A DNA stretch of 64,000 nt, from contig OX597823.1 in the NCBI GenBank assembly GCA_951406725.2, positions 111,538,001-111,602,000 on the forward strand, read 5' to 3'. Each line of letters begins with the position of its first letter. Position 1 is the first letter of the stretch. The notes beneath the pieces were generated by a model. That model saw nothing but the letters and a program-made list of their open reading frames with translations. It had not been told where the DNA came from and searched no databases. Shown here piece by piece: positions 1 to 13,728 of this stretch. Position numbers and translations under genes: made by a program. The stretch is from Octopus vulgaris (Eukaryota).

Positions 1-1029
1 TAGTACTTCTCCTGCAGTTTGCTAACCAAGAAGATAGCACCAATCCCATCTGCTTCTCATCTAGGTAGGCTAACCATTTTCTTCAGGGGAATTAAACAAT
101 TCAGAATATGGTCCAGAGAGAAAAATAACAAGCTACAAAGTGTGGACTGATCCTCTCGTTTCAGCAGCAAAGAATAGAGTGAAGACATATGTGTGTGTAT
201 GTGTGTGTGTACATGCATACATATAAGGCATCCTCTTTACCACTTCCAGTTACTTCAGCAAACTGGGACTCTTCAACAGACACATGTGTGTCCTTCTCTT
301 TTCCCACTTTCTCTCTCCTGGAATACTCTTTCAGAAGAAGAGCCAAAACACAAAATGTAAAAGGCTTGTCCTAATTTCTCCAATTTCCTGAACATAAACC
401 CAATACACTCTGTTGGGTTTCTTTTTTACCTTATCTTCATGTTATTCGTATTTTTTGCACCATGGATGTTTATTTACTGATATTTTATCCCATCTCATTC
501 CCTATCATGCATCATATTCCCATTTAATTTGCATCTTAACTCGGTGATTCATGTGAAAATATAGATAGCTACTCCAGATTAGTTGAACATATGGATAGCA
601 AAATATCTAATCTCACCCTAAACCAAGCAGGATTATACTCAGTGAATAAACTGTGATCTGCAGAGGTATTAAATGACTCATTGTATGATATAACAGCTAC
701 CATTGGGAGTTATATGTTTGTATATTATTTGAGTTATGCTTATATATGTTTTATCACATTCATTTTTGATTATAATTCAAAGTCAGGGAGATGTTTAGTG
801 AAAGAATATATGGGTGATCACACACACAGACACACACACGCATGCACACACACTCTCTCTCTCTATCTCTCTCTCTCTCATGCACACACACGCACACACA
901 CTTATGTTAAGCCACATATGTGTGTGTGTGTTCGTTTGTGTATGTTTTGGTTAAACTTTTTGTTGGGTTCTCAGCATATAGTGGTGAAAAAGTTGATGAT
1001 AGAGAACTGGTGATAGTAAGGATGGGGCT

Positions 1030-1700
1030 CGTAAGCATGATCAAATACATGTTCTTCCATGTGGGCAATGCCTAAAAATGTCACTTCTGCAGTTTTAGTT
1101 TTTTAACATGGTTTTTTTACTCAGTTAAACATAACCTGCACTTTCTGCTGCAATTAAAATAAGCATTGCACTTTTCTAAAGATTTTCTACTTTATTGCCC
1201 ACAAGGGGCTAAACATAGAGGGAACAAACAAAGACAGACAAAGGGATTAAGTTGATTACATCAAACCCAGTGCATAACTGGTACTTAATTTATTGACCCC
1301 CAAAAGGATGAAAGGCAAAATCGACTTCGGCGGAATTTGAACTCAGACTGTAATGGCAGATGATAAGCATTTTGCTCAGCGTGCAAACGATTCTGCCAGC
1401 TTGCCATTCTTTTCTACTTTATTCTGTACTCAGTAGTACTTTTCTTTAACGACCATATGTTCCTAGCCAAGGCTGTTGCATTTCATCTGTCCAAGATATT
1501 GAAAGGGGACCTATGGTTATTGAATCTGTTCCACATATTTGGTTGCCCATTTAGGCCTTTTGATGCTAACTCTGCCTCATGTAGTACTGTTTCCATGTTA
1601 CAGTGGTCATTAAGGGGACATGTGGTGTTACCTCTACATGTGCATCCTACCTCTGTCTCAAGTGTGGGTCTACCTACCAATAGCTTTTTCACATTGGGTG
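1030..1700 (-). pseudogene. Penelope-like element (Neptune-type) linker and GIY-YIG endonuclease remnant, interrupted by a SINE
   Basis: ORF 1483..1692 has CTCRGNTTCPLNDHC and RFNNHRSPF. It continues NATALARNIWSLKEK and, past the SINE, AYFNCSRKCRLCLTE. This matches the PLE C-terminal pattern CNCR..CPL..C / RxNNHxSSF / STxLSxxIW / KCxLCLTEK. Confidence 0.8.
1187..1408 (-). mobile_element. tRNA-derived SINE, family A (Meta-like core)
   Basis: Reverse strand reads GGCAAGCTGGCAGAATCG, B-box GAGTTCAAATTCC, then core GTCGATTTTGCCTTTCATCCTTT..GGTCAATAAATTAAGTACCAG. About 10 copies occur in the window. Confidence 0.9.
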
Positions 1701-1894
1701 TAGACCTAAAGGAAACTCTTGAGATATAATGTATAAAAAATTTTAGTGTACCTGTCCATACAAGGAAAGTGTTTATCCACTAAACTAAGAAAAATCCTAC
1801 ACACACTAATTTTTATGCTTAAAGAGAAGGGAGACGTGAACTACAACACCTTCTAGTGATATTTTCCCACCCTTCAACAAAGCATGAACAGTAT

Positions 1895-2160
1895 ACAAGC
1901 AGAATTCTCATGATAGTATATTAGATCTAGTGTGCTAAATTCAATGAATGTTACACTGCTAGCATAATTCAGCTACATTGCATATCTGAATTAAAGAGCA
2001 TCTCAACACACTCTCATCATCTTTCAAAAGAAACATGTCAAAAAAATATCGGAACATGAAGAGGACAGCTATAGACCACAATATCACTTACGGATAAAAA
2101 AAAAAGCTATTCTGATAGAAAAAAAATAAAACACCGAGTAACAGCTGACTTGATTTGAAT
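1895..2160 (+). pseudogene. Penelope-like GIY-YIG endonuclease remnant
   Basis: Manual translation IVY*I*CAKFNECYTASI..(frameshift)..IKEHLNTLSSSF resembles VVYxIxCxxCxxxYIG..RIKEH. Contains stops and frameshifts. Confidence 0.6.
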
Positions 2161-2354
2161 GAGTGCAGTGGATAATATGAATATCATGATTCACAATATT
2201 TGATCCACTTCTTCCTCATACATATATCACCTCAACCTGACACTTAGATCATGGAACGCAAACCACAGCCCCAAATTTCTACACCTTTCAACACATGGTA
2301 ATTCTATTACGACACACAAGGATCTGATACAACAAAATGGTCATGTAACATAAC

Positions 2355-2387
<33 letters not shown>

Positions 2388-2706
2388 GTTCTTTAAAGCT
2401 GTTGAAAAGGCATTTTTAACTCAAAACAGGACTAAGCAAATATTTCTAAGGTAACATTTTCATATCTTTGTTATAGTTATTTTTGATATTTAGCATTCTT
2501 TCTGCATTGCTATCGCTGCCTATAACACGCTGAATTTCTACATATTCTGGAAAGCTTCAAGCAAACTGCAAAACTTGCTATATACATATACAAGAATGTA
2601 TATGTATGTGCTTTTATGTGTATGTATATATATAGATATTCATCTCGCTCTCTTTCTCTCTCTTGCTCTCTCTCTCTATCTATCTATCTATCTATCTATC
2701 TATTTG

Positions 2707-2749
<43 letters not shown>

Positions 2750-2769
2750 CCCTCTCATTATATATATAT

Positions 2770-3310
2770 TATATAAAATCCGTTCTGTCTGTGTGAGTGT
2801 CTTCTAGGATCTCGGGCATCCTCCATCCGATTGTGCTCAAATTTGATATAAAGATACTGATGGTATCAGGGCATGTATAAATCTTGAAAAAATTACAAAA
2901 ATCGATTCCAGGTGAGAATGCGATCGATTAAGCCGTGGGAACGTGCATTTGTATGTGCAAGTACATTAGGTGTTGCAATCGATACTACGCATATGCAAGG
3001 AAAATGCACATGCAGTTTGCACAAAAAAAGCCAGCTGGCTGAAATAATGCTACAAAATGCAATATATTTAAGAGACCAAAAAAGTAAGATGCAAAGAGAT
3101 ATTTTCTTCAAACTTGGCATGAAGGAAGGAAAGACTATTTGGTGTCTCTAGAAGTTTTTTTTGCCTTAACTTCAGTTAACAAAACCAAAAATTTTAATGA
3201 AATTAATACATGCTTAATTATTTTTTAATGGAAAGAAAACACTGATTGCTTTTTATTCAGCTGATATGATTCAACACCGTCCATTGGATGGGGAGGGGGG
3301 CGTTTTGCTC

Positions 3311-3312
<2 letters not shown>
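2770..3312 (+). mobile_element. Non-autonomous Helitron-like element
   Basis: 5' TATATAAAATCCGTTCTGTCTGTGTG..CCATCCGATTGTGCTCAAATTTG and 3' CCGTCCA..TTGCTCGT. Both ends are shared with an inverted copy at 28611-28990. Confidence 0.65.
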
Positions 3313-3360
<48 letters not shown>

Positions 3361-3666
3361 GCACACACATATAGGTATTCTTTCTTTTATTTTACTGGTT
3401 TCATTCTGTGGACTATAATCATAGCTCTGCCAAGGGTTGCCACTGACCACATAAACACCAGGACTTATATCTGTCAGGTATTTGTTGTATCTTCCTCTAT
3501 TTGTCAAGCCACTAAGATACAGGACATAAAACAAAAAATCAATAATAACACCATTTCATTTAAGCCACTGTAAATAATAATTACTAAGAGCTACACATAC
3601 ATACATGCATATATATATATATATATATATATATACAAGAAATAAGCAACAAGAATGGATTAGTTG

Positions 3667-3755
3667 TTTAGTACAATTGTTTCATACAAAGAACAGCTTT
3701 ATTAAAAGCTGCAAATATTGCAGCAAATACAAGTGCCCCGTACTCATCAGCCAAA
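3667..3755 (-). ncRNA. Type I hammerhead ribozyme motif with extended stem II
   Basis: Minus strand reads TTTGG CTGATGA GTACGGGG..TCTTTGTAT GAAA CAATTG TA CTAAA. Intact core, palindromic stem III, paired stem I. Confidence 0.75.
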
Positions 3756-3924
3756 ACACATATGAGTTTTCCAAACATCCTAGTGGGTGAGGCTACACTC
3801 ATGAAGTATCGAAGAGAGTTCTATAAAAAGCAAAGTTAGATTGTAAGCAGACTTCAAAAGTTCTCTAATGATGCACAGTTTTATATATGATGCACAGTAT
3901 ATATATATATATATACTTCTAATA

Positions 3925-4351
3925 TACTCTTACTCTTTTACTCTTTTACTTGTTTCAGTCATTTGACTGCGGCCATGCTAGAGCACCGCCTTTAGTCGAG
4001 CAAATCGACGCTGGGACTTATACTTTGTAAGCCCAGTACTCATTCTATCAGTCCCTTTTTGCTGAACCGCTAAGTGATGGGGACGTAAACACACCAGCAT
4101 CGGTTGTCAAGAGATGTTGGTGGAGGGGACAAACACACACACACAAACACACACACACACACATACATACATATATATACATATATACAACAGGCTTCTT
4201 TCAGTTTCCGTCTACCAAATCCACTCACAAGGCATTGGTCGGCCCGGGGCTATAGCAGAAGACACTTGCCCAAGATGCCACGCAGTGGGACTGAACCCGG
4301 AACGATGTGGTTGGTTAGCAAGCTACTTACCACACAGCCACTCCTGCGCCT
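3925..4351 (-). mobile_element. tRNA-derived SINE, family B, full length
   Basis: Head AGGCGCAGGAGTGGCTGTGTGGTAAG (A box) and GGGTTCAGTCCC (B box), CORE-like CTTGGGCAAGTG, internal (TG)n, (AAAAGAGT)n tail. Confidence 0.95.
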
Positions 4352-4560
4352 ACAGATAAAATTTTATTAAAAAATGTTTGTCAGTGGCCAGCCTATGAAA
4401 AATACCTTTTAAGGTATTACACATGGTGTAATAATACAAGTGAAAATATTTTATATGGTTAGATGATTTAGTGTCTATTTTACAGCATATTGGCAAAGAA
4501 ATTTTTTCTTTTTGCCCTTAGTTATAATTGTTTACACACATATATATGTATATATATATA

Positions 4561-4743
4561 CATGTAAAAAGCACCCACTACACTCACGGAGTGGTTGGTG
4601 TTAGGAAGGGCATCCAGCTGTAGAAACACTGCCAGATCAGACTGGGCCTGGCACAGCCTTCTAGCTTCCCAGACCCCAGTTGAACCGTCCAACCCATGCT
4701 AGCATGGAAAGCAGACGTTAAACGATGATGATGGTGATGATGA
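4561..4743 (+). mobile_element. SINE family C, 3' part with (GAT)n tail
   Basis: GTTAGGAAGGGCATCCAGCTGTAGAAAC..AACCCATGCTAGCATGGAAAGCAGACGTTAAACGATGATG. More than 10 copies in the window. Confidence 0.85.
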
Positions 4744-5060
4744 TATATATATAGACATATATAAATATTAAATGCGTTTGTGTACATATGTGCATTTGTG
4801 TGTAAGTGTATGTGTTTGTGGATGTGTATCATTGTGCTGGTGTTTCTTATCCACTCACTTATCTTGACATCCCTGCAACTTAGAGCTTTGGCATAAGAGT
4901 CCTTTGAAATAAGGACCAAGTTTTAAAAATTAGTACTGCAGTCAACTGGATGAATGAAACTCTTCAAGGTGATGCCCCTGCACAGACACAGCCCAATGTC
5001 CCAAAATCTGAAATAAGTAAAAAAATAAAAGATATATGTGAATACATATGGTTGGGTACA

Positions 5061-5261
5061 CTGGTGTATAGGGTTACCCTGGGTTTCTCGCTCATAAGGG
5101 GTTTAGCCTTATGGTATATCTTCAGACCCCAAACACTGCTGGTCTGAGACCTCTCTAAAAGAGTTCTCAGGCCAGTCTCTTTTAAGTGTTTGGTGTTTGA
5201 AGCTGCACCATGATGCTAAACCCCTTATGCGTGAGAAACCCAGGGTAACCACATAAACCAG
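5061..5261. repeat. About 200 bp imperfect fold-back, MITE-like
   Basis: CTGGTGTATAGGGTTACCCTGGGTTTCTC.. pairs with ..GAGAAACCCAGGGTAACCACATAAACCAG, with inner arm CTGGTCTGAGA/TCTCAGGCCAG. Confidence 0.85.
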
Positions 5262-5374
5262 CCTTCCTCACTATGATATCAACTGCTCTACATTTTAGAG
5301 TGTGCTTCTCCTGTGGATTTATGTAATTCTACAAACGATCCCTGTATGTTTATATATGTATATATGTATATATT

Positions 5375-5572
5375 CACCATGATTGATCGCTAGCCACTAA
5401 ATCTTTTTTATTTTCTCTCTCTGCTTATTTCTGTGTTTCTTTCAGTTGAAGAGCATAGGCTCGAAATATAAAAGACTTTCTCACTTCCTGTGTGTTAAAC
5501 TAACACATCTGTTTGTTGTTTAAACACCCGTCTTTTGTTTGGTTTTTTGTTTTTTTTTTGTAAATTCCAACT
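5375..5572 (+). mobile_element. About 190 bp repeat family D (pLTR-like, hammerhead-like fold) in TA-rich DNA
   Basis: Homologous to 22957-23140 (-) and 55877-56070 (+). Contains GAAGAGCATAGGCTCGAAA. Confidence 0.75.
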
Positions 5573-5652
5573 ATATATATATAATTATTTGAGGGAATAT
5601 TATTCCTAACTTACAGAGAAAAATTCAATTTAGAAATACTAAATCAAATTTC

Positions 5653-5716
<64 letters not shown>

Positions 5717-6240
5717 TATATAAACTAAAATTTGGAAAATATTTAATAAAATATTGAATATAAGAGTTTCATTATATTAATTATATTTGGCTAACAAGGG
5801 GTTTGTTTTCACATATGCACAGAAATGATTTTATATTCTTAAAATCATCCATTTATTGTGGTGATTAGATGTTATCTGTGTTGCTGTTGTGGCATAAAAA
5901 GACTGAAACATGTTCAGAGTTATCTCTCTAATGGCAAAATCAGACACATTCTCCACTGCATGTTGCCCTTTAATCTTAGAGGTTAAGTCAACATTTGAGA
6001 CTGGTCTGCCTTGCTCGATATCATCGTCATTTTCATTAATGCTGATTACTTTATTTTTCCTGATACTTATAATTTCATTTGTTCAAAATTTAGTTCCAGT
6101 TTGCTATTTTAGATTACTATGTGGAAAAGTGCTGTTACTTACCTTTAATATTCATGCATGCATATAAATATATTTCTGCATGTATGTGTGTGTGTGTGTA
6201 TAATACATACTTATATGCATGCATATGTATATTTGAATAC

Positions 6241-6530
<290 letters not shown>

Positions 6531-6581
6531 AATATATCAGAGAATTTATATTTCATTCTCTCTCTAAGCTGGGTGTCATGT

Positions 6582-8908
6582 TTGTTTCAGAACAGTGGAA
6601 AGGAAAAATAATTTTTATCATTGATAACTGTCAATTCTGGTAGGTTGCGGAAAAATTGTCAATGAATAGTGATAATTCGAAACTTTGAAGGTACATAAAT
6701 ACGAAAGATAATAATACTAAAGATATTATGAAAGAAAGAAAAGGAAAGAGAAGGAAAGAGAAATATGACTCTAAAGATTAAAAAGAATAATAAAAATGTG
6801 TGAAAATTCTTCCAGTCTTCTTGCTAAATCATCTGACTGGAAAAAAAAATATTTTCACTGAAAAATATTTATTGAGTCATACAGAATGTGTTGTTGATAG
6901 AAAATAATGTGACAGGTGTTAATATTTTAGTGAAGAAAAGGTTTAGATTAATCTGAGAATATTCTGGAAGTAAACTCCAGATAAGTAATATAAACAAGTA
7001 AAATATCTAAAAGATAAAACAGATATTTAATAAAATAAAAATAATATTAACAATAAAATATATATATATATGAATAAATCTGTAGAAAATAAAGAAAAAA
7101 ATGCAGATTTTCATCAATCCCTCCTTCCCCGCTCGAATATTTGAATCTTAGAATTGTTAAATCCAAGGATTTTCCTTCTTTTCTGAGAATCTGCAGCAGT
7201 CTTATTAAAATGTTTGGAAATGGAAAATGTAAATGTAAATGGTGCCATTAAATATAAGAAAGGAGATATCCGTTTATGTGAAGCTGTTTGATTCTGCAGA
7301 GAAATACAAGAAATTCTTGTTTGTATTTACTTTTAGGTTTCTGAATTTGGAAGTTCTAATCATATTAGAATTGAATCCAGCAGGTTTATCATGAAAAATG
7401 TTCCAGTTGTAAGCACCTAACTCCATAATTCATGTTAGACCTAAACTTCCCATTGTGTCCTTCATATTTTAAAATGTCATAATGTAATTACTGAGGTAGA
7501 TGCAGCTATTATTTCTAACAGTTCCTGTTAGCATGTAAAGGCTCTCTGTTATTTCTTAAATGTGTAGAAGTCATCAGATTTACAAAAGGAGAGAATCTAT
7601 CAACTCTGTGACCTTTGTCTTCTTTAATGCCATTACTGGTTGGAATAAAATGTAACAGATATAAACATGGACCATACTGAACTATTTCGACCAATGATAG
7701 ACACTCCAGTATGATTGATTAGTTAGAAATAGTTACCAAATCTACCTTGTTTCAGAACAGTGGAAAGGTAAAATAATTTTTATCATTGATAACTGTCAAT
7801 TCTGGTAGGTTGCGGAAAAATTGTCAATGAATAGTGATAATTCGAAACTTTGAAGGTACATAAATACGAAAGATAATAATACTAAAGATATTATGAAAGA
7901 AAGAAAAGGAAAGAGAAGGAAAGAGAAATATGACTCTAAAGATTAAAAAGAATAATAAAAATGTGTGAAAATTCTTCCAGTCTTCTTGCTAAATCATCTG
8001 ACTGGAAAAAAAATATTTTCACTGAAAAATATTTATTGAGTCATACAGAATGTGTTGTTGATAGAAAATAATGTGACAGGTGTTAATATTTTAGTGAAGA
8101 AAAGGTTTAGATTAATCTGAGAATATTCTGGAAGTAAACTCCAGATAAGTAATATAAACAAGTAAAATATCTAAAAGATAAAACAGATATTTAATAAAAT
8201 AAAAATAATATTAACAATAAAATATATATATATATGAATAAATCTGTAGAAAATAAAGAAAAAAATGCAGATTTTCATCAATCCCTCCTTCCCCGCTCGA
8301 ATATTTGAATCTTAGAATTGTTAAATCCAAGGATTTTCCTTCTTTTCTGAGAATCTGCAGCAGTCTTATTAAAATGTTTGGAAATGGAAAATGTAAATGT
8401 AAATGGTGCCATTAAATATAAGAAAGGAGATATCCGTTTATGTGAAGCTGTTTGATTCTGCAGAGAAATACAAGAAATTCTTGTTTGTATTTACTTTTAG
8501 GTTTCTGAATTTGGAAGTTCTAATCATATTAGAATTGAATCCAGCAGGTTTATCATGAAAAATGTTCCAGTTGTAAGCACCTAACTCCATAATTCATGTT
8601 AGACCTAAACTTCCCATTGTGTCCTTCATATTTTAAAATGTCATAATGTAATTTGAGGTAGATGCAGCTATTATTTCTAACAGTTCCTGTTAGCATGTAA
8701 AGGCTCTCTGTTATTTCTTAAATGTGTAGAAGTCATCAGATTTACAAAAGGAGAGAATCTATCAACTCTGTGACCTTTGTCTTCTTTAATGCCATTACTG
8801 GTTGGAATAAAATGTAACAGATATAAACATGGACCATACTGAACTATTTCGACCAATGATAGACACTCCAGTATGATTGATTAGTTAGAAATAGTTACCA
8901 AATCTACC
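6582..8908. repeat. Direct tandem duplication of about 1.16 kb (6582-7746 and 7747-8908)
   Basis: Both copies start TTGTTTCAGAACAGTGGAAAGG and end AAATCTACC. About 3 small differences seen. Confidence 0.97.
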
Positions 8909-9084
8909 TCAAATAACACTTTTTCCCTTTCCCATTACTTACAACTTAATTTGCAGTGAACACATGTACTCCTTCTATTCCTCCTACTCCTCCTTTTTAT
9001 CATCATCATCAACATTTTTATTCCCACTCTTATAACTGGTATAGCTTGGATGAACCTTTTTTTGAGGGAGTGTTTTATGACCTG

Positions 9085-9400
9085 ATCATCATCATTGTTC
9101 GACCGTGGTCGAGACAATGGAATTTACCATGCTACGCCAGACTTCACGGTCCATCATAGCATTATGGAGGTCCTGCTGCTGGATGCCTGTATCCCTGGAG
9201 ATTACATCAGGGTAGAAGAGTGTGCACCCTCTGGTATCACAAGTAGATGGCTTCCAGAGGAGAAGAATAGAAATTACCTCGTTTTCAGCTCTACAACAAT
9301 GTCCAGAAAACTGGACTCTTCTACCTTTCGCAAGAGATGACACAGGTGGTAGTTTCCCATATATTTGTACTTTGGTTCTGAAGCCTTTCCTGATATCAGC
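9085..9400 (-). mobile_element. RTE-like LINE 3' end, 5'-truncated
   Basis: ORF 9092..9430 RRVQFSGHCCR..LLLWKP..AMMDREVWR, followed by a (TGA)n tail. Confidence 0.8.
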
Positions 9401-10087
9401 TCTTTTAGCTGACATGACATTCAGGGGCATGGTGTACCTCTTTTCAAAACTATAATATACTCAGCCCTTTTAAAGGTATTGAAACCAAGATCACATGATT
9501 TTTACATTCACTATGTCTGGAAAAGCCAGCAAGTGTAGGTATGGATGGAATGATTTTGACCATTGATCTGCTGAATCAAGGCTGGCCAGAAGCTAAACAA
9601 CAACAAAAACAACAACAACAACAACTACAAGCAAGAATAAATTAAAATATTCAAAGAAATAGTTTTCGTAACACTTCCACCTTTACTATAGAACTTGCCA
9701 ATTTACCTAACTGTGAAGAAAGCCAAATGTGAATGTCTTGGTACCATAATAAAGTTCCAACAAGCGAAGTTGGCAATATGAGTTCAATTTTCAGAGGGCA
9801 AAACTTGAGTAAAATTTTTAATAAATCAAAGAATTTGATCCACAATGCTTGTTCGTCTTTGCAATAGTCGTATGTATATGTGTGCGTATATATGTATTTG
9901 TATGTGTATGTATATATATATATGTGTGTGTGTATATATATATATATATGCATATATATATATATATATATATACATACATATATATATATATAAATATA
10001 TATATGCATATATATATGTGTGTATATATATATATATATATACATATATATAAATATATATATATACACATATATATATATGAGTTG

Positions 10088-10392
10088 TGAAGGTACATGG
10101 CTCAGTGGTTAGAGCGTCGAGCTTACTATCGTGAGGTTGTGAGTTCAATTCCCGGACCAGGTTGCATGTTGTATTCTTGAGCAAGTCACTTTATTTCATG
10201 TTGCTCCAGTTCACTCTGCTGTAGAAATGAGTTGCGATGTCACTGGTGCCAAGCTGTATCAGCCTTTGCCTTTCCCTTGGATAACATTAGTGGTATGCAT
10301 GGGCGACTGCTGACCTTCTATAAACAACCTTGCCTGGACTTGTGCCTTGAAGGGTAACTTTCTAGATGCAATAGCATGGTCATTCATGGTCT
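10088..10392 (+). mobile_element. tRNA-derived SINE (distinct family)
   Basis: TGGCTCAGTGGTTAGAGCG A box, GAGTTCAATTCC B box, CTTGAGCAAGTCACTT core-like segment. Confidence 0.85.
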
Positions 10393-10789
10393 CCTCCTAT
10401 GTATAAGAGTGTATAAAATATTTTTATACACATAGAGGAGACCATTGACTGTTTAAAGTCCAGGCCTCCTTCACCCGCCTCTCCTGCACTGCCTATTATC
10501 CTATCCCACAGACTGCATAAACTGTAAAGTGTGAGCGTGTGAGGCTTTCAGTTTTGTTGAGAACAAGCTATGTCACTAATGCTGGTGCCATGGAAAATAA
10601 CACCCAATACACTGGAAAGTGGTTACTCTTAGGAAAGGCATCCATCCATAGAAACAAAGCAAGAATGAAAAGTTGGCAAGATGAGTTGTTCCCCTCCTCA
10701 ACCCAGCTAGGTGAGCAGTACTCCCAAATATATGCTGACCCCATCTCAGACAATCTTTCTAACTAATACTAGCATAGACAGCAGAGATA

Positions 10790-10872
10790 AAATGATAATG
10801 ATGCTGATGATGATGGTGATGGTGGTGGTGGTGGTGGTGGTGGTGATTATGATGATGATGATGGTGGTGATT

Positions 10873-10931
<59 letters not shown>

Positions 10932-10988
10932 GGTGGTGATGATGATGATGATGATTGTGGTGGTGGTGGTGATGATGATGCTGATGAT
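10790..10988. repeat. Compound (GAT)n/(GGT)n microsatellite
   Basis: Direct reading. It is the source of the poly-M/V/H ORFs. Confidence 0.97.
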
Positions 10989-11147
10989 ATATGTCCACAC
11001 ACTCATAAACATAGGCACACATACACAAACGTGTAATGGGTACTTGTATATGTGCATGTGAGTATGTGCGCATGTACGCCATTAGTCTCACATGAACTCA
11101 ACAGAGTACATTACAAGTTATCTAAACGAAGAATAACTCACTGTATA

Positions 11148-11182
<35 letters not shown>

Positions 11183-11283
11183 GTACATACATATATATAT
11201 ACAAACATACATATATATATATATGCCACAGCTCTGAGCTGAAACTAGAAAAAAAAATATATATATATAGATCGATAGATAGA

Positions 11284-11318
<35 letters not shown>

Positions 11319-11363
11319 TGATATACATAAACACACATATATTTATATATGTATGTGTATATG

Positions 11364-11401
<38 letters not shown>

Positions 11402-12457
11402 TGTATGTATGTACATATGTAGGCATGTATGTATGCATATGTGTATACACATATACATATAATTAAAATATATTAGACAAAAAAAAATTACTAAAAGCTA
11501 CATTCAACCAACAAAGCTTTAGAATTAGTCTCCTCAAAAGCAAACCATTGTACAAAATGAACTCCACCTACTTTCAATATAGAAGGAGTATTTTATCTCG
11601 GAGATTTGCAGCATATGTGCACATCATGTGAATAGTGCAACTAGATATGCATGATTTCATTGTAAAGTCAAAGGTGATTTTCTTTACCTTATAGACAATT
11701 GATGGATATGTTTGGAAATGGACTTGCAATCTCTCTGGAATTACACACTATTGATTGGAAATCAGGGTATTTTGTTTGGACCATTTTTTTTATATAATTA
11801 TTTTATTATTTTATTTTATTTTTATATAATTTTTGCTGTTTTTATATTTCATTTTTGAGTTTTGATATTTAGCTTTCTGTTTTTCAGTTATATTTATTTT
11901 TTGTTATTTTCTTTTCAGTTTTGCTATTTTTGGATTTGTGTGTTTTATTTTTGTTTATTTTTTAATGTTTTCATTTACTTTGTTTTGTGTACGCTTGTTT
12001 AAATCCTTTATTACTACAGAAAAAATTTCGTATGATTCACATATTTATTCAGTGATATAATAAAGCTGTCTGTCTGTCTGTCTCTGCCTCTCTCTTTCTC
12101 TTTCTCTCTCTCTCAACTTCTCCAACCTTTTGTCTTTCTCCTTTTCTCACTCTCTTTTTCTTTCTCTCTCATTCCTGTCTTTCTGTTTCCACACAACTTT
12201 ACTTTCTTTCCTCTTGTATTTCTTTGAATGTATATAGACATTTATATACATATGTATGTATGTATGTATGTATACATATATGTATGTACATATGCATGTT
12301 TGTATGGTGTGCATTTATGCACATGTGTGTTTGTACATTTGTGTGTATATATGTGTATGCATATATATGTACACACATATATATAGATATATATAGATAT
12401 ATGCATATATATATATACACATACATATATATATGCATATATGTATTTATATATATA

Positions 12458-12501
<44 letters not shown>

Positions 12502-12556
12502 TAGATATGTATATATGCATATAGACACACACACAGATATATAAATGTACATATGT

Positions 12557-12601
<45 letters not shown>

Positions 12602-12882
12602 TGCACACATATGTAGAAAGAGACACTTTAGAATCTGTTAGTGGAAATGCATGTATGTATAAAATACAGTTATGGTTTTATTTAACATATAACAGAGTCC
12701 TATCAAGGTAGATATAACCATAAAAGAAAGAGATCAGGAAACCCAAGGTGTTTTATGCTTGTTTCACCTGATTTGCTTCGCAATATAATATCAGTTGTAA
12801 CTGTTATCAATCAGTTGTCACATTTGTTTTGGGTCGAGAGGTAGGAGGGCAGTGTCCCTGAACCCTGCAGGCCTTTTTAGAT

Positions 12883-13296
12883 TACTCTTTTATTCTTTTA
12901 CTACTTTCAGTCATGCGACTGTGGCCATGCTGGAGCACCGCCTTTAGTCAAAGAAATCAACCCCAGCACTTATTTTTTGTAAGCCTAGTACTTATTCTAT
13001 TGGTCTCTTTTGCCGAACTGCTAAGTTACGTGGACATGAACACACCAGCATCGGTTGACAAGCAATGTTGGGGAGACAAACACAGACATACAAACACACC
13101 CGCATATATATATATATATATATACATATATACGATGGGCTTCTTTCAGTTTCTGTCTACCAAATCTACTCACAAGGCTTTGGTCGGCCCGAGGCTATAG
13201 TAGAAGACACTTGCCCAAGGTGCCACACAGTGGGACTGAACCTGGAACCATGTGGTTGGTAAGCAAGCTACTTACCACACAGCCACTCCTGCACCT
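12883..13296 (-). mobile_element. SINE family B, full length
   Basis: Colinear with 3925-4351. Confidence 0.95.
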
Positions 13297-13728
13297 ATGA
13301 TTGATGAGATTTATGCATTTAATGTGCAGCTTGAACTATTTTATATCAATCGTTCTCAGAAAGATATAACCAGAGATTTCCAGATAGCTGATCTTGTAGG
13401 AATGAAGGTCTGGGCACAGTGAATTAGTGCAGACGTATTGGATGCAAAATGATTACAGAGAAATAGTAGTACAAGTAGAGCAGGGATGGTTGAGAACAGG
13501 TGAGATGAGTCAGTCCAGTATTGAAGAGCAGAGGCCTTTATAGAATTTGTACAAAAGAGAGGGGGGAGAGAGAGAGAGAGAGAAAGAAGGGAGGGAGAAG
13601 AGGAAAACTTGCCTGTGGAGCATATATTTGAGTGAATTCATGCCATTCTGATGGGTGGCCATTTTCTGGAGGCAGCCTGAGTTAGCAGTATTGTCATCCA
13701 AACGTGAGAGCTGTTATTTCATTGTAGA

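Noticed and set aside
9085-9125. RTE-like LINE as partner of SINE family C
   Set aside because: Only the (GAT)n tail is shared; the preceding 3' sequences do not align.
9651-9870. Non-repetitive tail of the 177 aa ORF
   Set aside because: The ORF is a chimera of SINE, microsatellite and unrecognised sequence, with no motif I can support.
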